A DNA stretch of 64,000 bases from an uncultured delta proteobacterium. GTDB lineage: Bacteria; Desulfobacterota; Desulfobacteria; Desulfobacterales; JAFDCJ01. Under the pieces are notes generated by a model, which was not told the origin of the DNA, did no database searches, and was given only the letters and a program-made list of their open reading frames with translations. This document shows, in pieces, positions 60,739-64,000 of the stretch. A program made the position numbers and the translations under genes. Where the stretch lies: positions 384,001-448,000 of the forward strand of contig CAVYNY010000022.1 of assembly GCA_963769935.1 (NCBI GenBank), given 5' to 3'. Numbering within the stretch: the stretch's first letter is position 1; each line of letters opens with the position of its first letter.

Positions 60739-60808
60739 CGTAGGGTGGGCATTGCCCACCGTTAACAGCCAAGACCGGCCTTATCTGGTGGGCAATGGCC
60801 ACCCTACG
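60739..60808. repeat. GTAG-type inverted REP pair (REPIN)
   Basis: CGTAGGGTGGGCATTGCCCACC...GGTGGGCAATGGCCACCCTACG. Confidence 0.85.
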
Positions 60809-60919
60809 ATATAGAATTTTCGGAACGTCAGCATTCAATCTGCATCAATCGTCATTTACCTGTCTGATAAATCGCTGACCCGATTGCTGCGAATGGCATG
60901 ATTCATCCTATTGATAAGG

Positions 60920-61048
60920 TTCCCAACCTCTCAGCATCTCCGCTTCTTAGCTTCTCGGTTTTCCAGCCTCCCGGCTTCCCAGCTTCTCCATTTCTCAACT
61001 TCTTAGCTTCTCAGCTTCCCCACTTCTCAGCCTTTCAGCTTCCCAACC
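60920..61048. repeat. Degenerate 8-bp tandem array (AGCTTCTC-like, about 16 units)
   Basis: Direct reading of the periodicity. Confidence 0.75.
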
Positions 61049-61173
61049 AACCGACCCCTATAAAAATCTCACCTATATCTTTTGCAATTTTGCTTTTTAT
61101 CTGGTAGACTATCTTTTCAAGATAGCTAAGAATATTAGGAGGTTCCCAAGCAGATAAGAAAGGCAGCGAGGCA

Positions 61174-61572
61174 ATGACAACCGGGATAGAAACCGTTTTA
61201 ATTGTGGATGACGAAGAGATCGTTATCGGAGTGGGCAAGCAAATGCTGGAAAGGCTGGGATATTCGGTCCTGACGGCTAAAAATGGAATGGAGGCTGTCG
61301 ATATCTACCGCGAAAATCAGAAAACGGTCGGCCTTGTTATTCTAGATATGATCATGCCGGGCCTGGAAGCCGGCGATACCTGTGACAAGCTCCGGGCGCT
61401 AAACCCGGCTGTTAAGGTGCTGCTTTCAAGCGGCTACAGTCTCGACGCAAAGACCAAGGGCATATTAAAGCGAGGCTGCGGCGGCTTCATTCAAAAACCG
61501 TTTAATATGAAAATACTGAAAGACAAAATCGAGGAAATAGTTGGCCGGGACCAGTTAGACACAGCGTCATAA
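61174..61572 (+). CDS. Single-domain response regulator (hybrid-kinase-type receiver)
   Basis: VDDE, LDMIMP, SSGY, KPF. Confidence 0.92.
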   Translation: MTTGIETVLIVDDEEIVIGVGKQMLERLGYSVLTAKNGMEAVDIYRENQKTVGLVILDMIMPGLEAGDTCDKLRALNPAVKVLLSSGYSLDAKTKGILKRGCGGFIQKPFNMKILKDKIEEIVGRDQLDTAS

Positions 61573-61692
61573 TTAGTTCTGCTTTCGCCTTTTTGGGGTT
61601 GATTTTTAAGCTGTCATAAAGGGTTAAATTGGCAGAATGCCGTGTAGGCGGGCCCAATGGTTGATGTCCTCATATGTAAAGTTGTCCAGGCA

Positions 61693-61986
61693 TCACTCCT
61701 TCGACCTGCCGATTTTGTGATCCCGGCGTAACGCCACCAACGTTGCACCCCATCCACCCGCCTCAGGCGGGGCATCGCAAAAAGACGCCACCAGTGGATT
61801 TTTTTCAAGTATTCCCTGAACCCGTCTTTTTTGAATGCCTTTACCCTTGCCGTGAATAATCCGCACCGCGTAAATACCGGATTTCAGGCACTCGTTAAAA
61901 TAATCCTCCAAAAGATGCGGTATATCCTGAGGCCGGAAGGTGTGCAGGTCCAGTACATCTTCAATCGGAATTTTGACCGGCTCCAT
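61693..61986 (-). CDS. Stand-alone Smr domain protein
   Basis: LDLH, IIHGKG, GGWGAT. Confidence 0.92.
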   Translation of the reverse strand: MEPVKIPIEDVLDLHTFRPQDIPHLLEDYFNECLKSGIYAVRIIHGKGKGIQKRRVQGILEKNPLVASFCDAPPEAGGWGATLVALRRDHKIGRSKE

Positions 61987-62122
61987 GGTTGCATGCCTTG
62001 GATCAGCGCAAGTAAAATACTTGATCGGAAGCGCTGCAATGTCTATGGTTATTCTAACATTGAAAACCTGATCCTGTGAGGCCAGGTCATAGATAATAGG
62101 CTTTGCCTTGGTTGAATGCCTT

Positions 62123-62376
62123 GGGGTACTGGAGTAATGGAATGTTGGAATACTGGATTTGGTGGAATGAGATCTGTTTTTATATGTATGGCAGTGATCT
62201 AAAAACTAAATTAGACAATCATCCGCTTTTGATCCCCAATATTCCATTTATCCATTTATCCATTATTCCATGGGTTGTCTAGCGGAAAAGGCCACCCCTC
62301 TCTCCGAGCTATCGGCTCTACGAGCCGGAAGCTGCAGTGAAGTCAAAGCCTGGCACCATGGGCCAGAGTTCTCTTT
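62123..62376. repeat. Composite element: inverted 8-mer arrays plus dispersed repeat copy 3
   Basis: TGGAGTAA/TGGAATAC units face ATTCCATT units, then the 36661/43616-family sequence. Confidence 0.75.
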
Positions 62377-62455
62377 CATGCTTCAACATGCGCTTACACA
62401 ACTCCGGCGGCATTCACAAGTGTAGTCAGCCTGATTCATAAATAAGGAGCCACAA

Positions 62456-63097
62456 GTGCCTGATCCGCAATTTCACTATTTTATCGCCGGCATAGGTCTG
62501 ACGGCCTTGGCTTATCTGCTGGGATCCATTCCCTGGGGGGTTGTTCTTACCCGGTTTTTTACTTCGGTGGATATCAGACGCCAGGGCAGCGGCAATATCG
62601 GGGCCACCAATGTCAGCCGGGTGGCAGGTTCGACATTGGGGCTTTTGACACTGGCGGGCGATGTTCTGAAAGGCGCCGTCCCGGTTTATCTGGCCTTGAT
62701 TTTCGCCTGGAAAAACCCGCTGATAAGCGAGAATTTGCCTGCAGTTGTCGCCCTGGCGGCATTTTTCGGCCACCTGTACCCGCTGTTTATGAAATTTAAA
62801 AACGGAGGCAAAGGTGTTGCAACGTGCGCCGGATGTTTTGTTGTGCTTGCTCCCTTGGCCTGTCTTGCCGCCTTGCTGGCATTTATCGTCTTTTTGTTTT
62901 TAACGCGTCGCGTATCGATCGGCTCCCTGGCGGCGGCGGCGGTGCTGCCATTCGCCGTCTGGTTTAACACCCATTTCGTCCAAATTACCGCCGGTGCCAT
63001 CATCATGTCGGTTTTCATTTTCATCCGTCACACGGCCAACATCAAACGGCTGATAGCCGGCACTGAACCGAAGTTTACCGATAAAATTAAAAATTGA
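62456..63097 (+). CDS. plsY: Glycerol-3-phosphate 1-O-acyltransferase
   Basis: YLLGSIP, GSGNIGATN, GHLYP, GGKGVAT, RHTANI. Confidence 0.96.
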   Translation: MPDPQFHYFIAGIGLTALAYLLGSIPWGVVLTRFFTSVDIRRQGSGNIGATNVSRVAGSTLGLLTLAGDVLKGAVPVYLALIFAWKNPLISENLPAVVALAAFFGHLYPLFMKFKNGGKGVATCAGCFVVLAPLACLAALLAFIVFLFLTRRVSIGSLAAAAVLPFAVWFNTHFVQITAGAIIMSVFIFIRHTANIKRLIAGTEPKFTDKIKN

Positions 63098-63125
63098 GGC
63101 GTAGCTCCAGTATAGCGACCGATTT

Positions 63126-63180
63126 CGTAGGGCGGGCCTCCGTGCCCGCGAAATGGGTCGGCACGGAGGCCGACCCTACG
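63126..63180. repeat. GTAG-type inverted REP pair (REPIN)
   Basis: CGTAGGGCGGGCCTCCGTGCCCGC...GTCGGCACGGAGGCCGACCCTACG. Confidence 0.85.
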
Positions 63181-63273
63181 CCAGCGTCAAACCAAAGTTT
63201 CTTTTATGATCAGACCGGCATTTGTTTTGGCCGGCGGCGGGGCTGGCACCTGAAACCCATTCCAATAATGTTA

Positions 63274-64000
63274 TTAACCAAGCAACGACCACAAAAAAGC
63301 AAGCACGCCCGCCAATATGAAATTGCTCTCAACCAGCAACTCGAGTTTGACGCTCGGCAGCAAAATTCCCTGTTCGTAAGCTGAGATGAGAAACAAAAGC
63401 CATACCGGGCAGCTGACCAGTAAAAAGCCCAGATAGGAGATCAGATGAAATGAACTCAACCCGAGCAGCGCTGCCATGAGAATGATCAGGATTCTTTTTA
63501 GAAGACGCAATGAGCGCTTTTCACCCAGCAGGATGGCGAGGGTTTCCTTGCCGACAATGCGGTCCCCCTGCATGTCCAGAACATCAAAAAAGGCGGTCCT
63601 CACAAAGACAAGTCCGGAGGCCCACAGAAATATCATTCCGGTGATCCCGTGGGGCGTGTCTGCCAGGGAAAACGGTGTCGGCAAAGCGGTGACGATACCC
63701 CAGGCTACGGCGATTAAAAAGGTCTTTGATCCGGGGATATCTCTAATCCTTCTGTATTTGGAGGCGCTGAACCGTTTGGGCACCAGAATTTGATTGTATG
63801 ACAATCCCAGCAGACTCATGATGAGAAGCAGCATAAACGGAAACAAACCCAGAGTGTAAGCAATCACCAGACCGGCACCGCCGGCTGCCAGGGCCAGGAT
63901 AGAGAGCAGTATTTTGTATTTTTCATAAAAATTTGCCCGTTCCGGGTCATTGAATTGATCGGCCTTGTTTCCGATCAGATGGGCAAGAATATGCATGGAC
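63274..64000 (-). CDS. UbiA prenyltransferase-like membrane domain, partial (gene starts beyond the window)
   Basis: DQFNDPER, IRDIPGSKT, FDVLDMQGDRIVGKET, multiple TM helices. Confidence 0.75.
   Translation of the reverse strand, partial: SMHILAHLIGNKADQFNDPERANFYEKYKILLSILALAAGGAGLVIAYTLGLFPFMLLLIMSLLGLSYNQILVPKRFSASKYRRIRDIPGSKTFLIAVAWGIVTALPTPFSLADTPHGITGMIFLWASGLVFVRTAFFDVLDMQGDRIVGKETLAILLGEKRSLRLLKRILIILMAALLGLSSFHLISYLGFLLVSCPVWLLFLISAYEQGILLPSVKLELLVESNFILAGVLAFLWSLLG

Overview
Bacterial chromosomal window. Gene content (valS, rsmE, plsY, a TauE/DUF1634 multi-receiver cluster, sigma54 promoters) suggests a Desulfobacterales-like deltaproteobacterium; this is an inference. Left core: rhomboid-DnaJ_C fusion, valS, a very acidic PopZ/RomR-like protein split by a 1-nt frameshift, rsmE and tRNA-Phe(GAA). 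The tRNA is the left end of a ~16.7 kb island closed by a 48-bp duplication of its 3' half at 24079-24126. The island has no recognisable integrase. It carries an MNT-HEPN pair with a nonsense-mutated toxin, a RAYT-type HUH transposase, a five-gene sugar-acid catabolic operon bracketed by two IS91/ISCR-like copies, and an IclR / sugar ABC transporter / tandem DJ-1 module. Beyond the island: two VapBC pairs, gene remnants, a decayed acetate-type locus (internally deleted acs, Na+/solute symporter, unannotated 28-aa peptide, cNMP-CBS-DUF294 protein), OmpA, an RND pump, a receiver-rich phosphorelay with a degenerate sigma54 activator and a pseudo-kinase, two convergent sigma54-type hypothetical genes, dhaKL with a full EIIA-HPr-EI fusion, a 10-repeat beta-propeller lipoprotein, Smr, plsY and a partial UbiA-like gene. 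Intergenic DNA is crowded with REP/REPIN-like, MITE-like and paired 7/8-mer repeat elements. All assignments come from motif reading by eye; no database searches were run.
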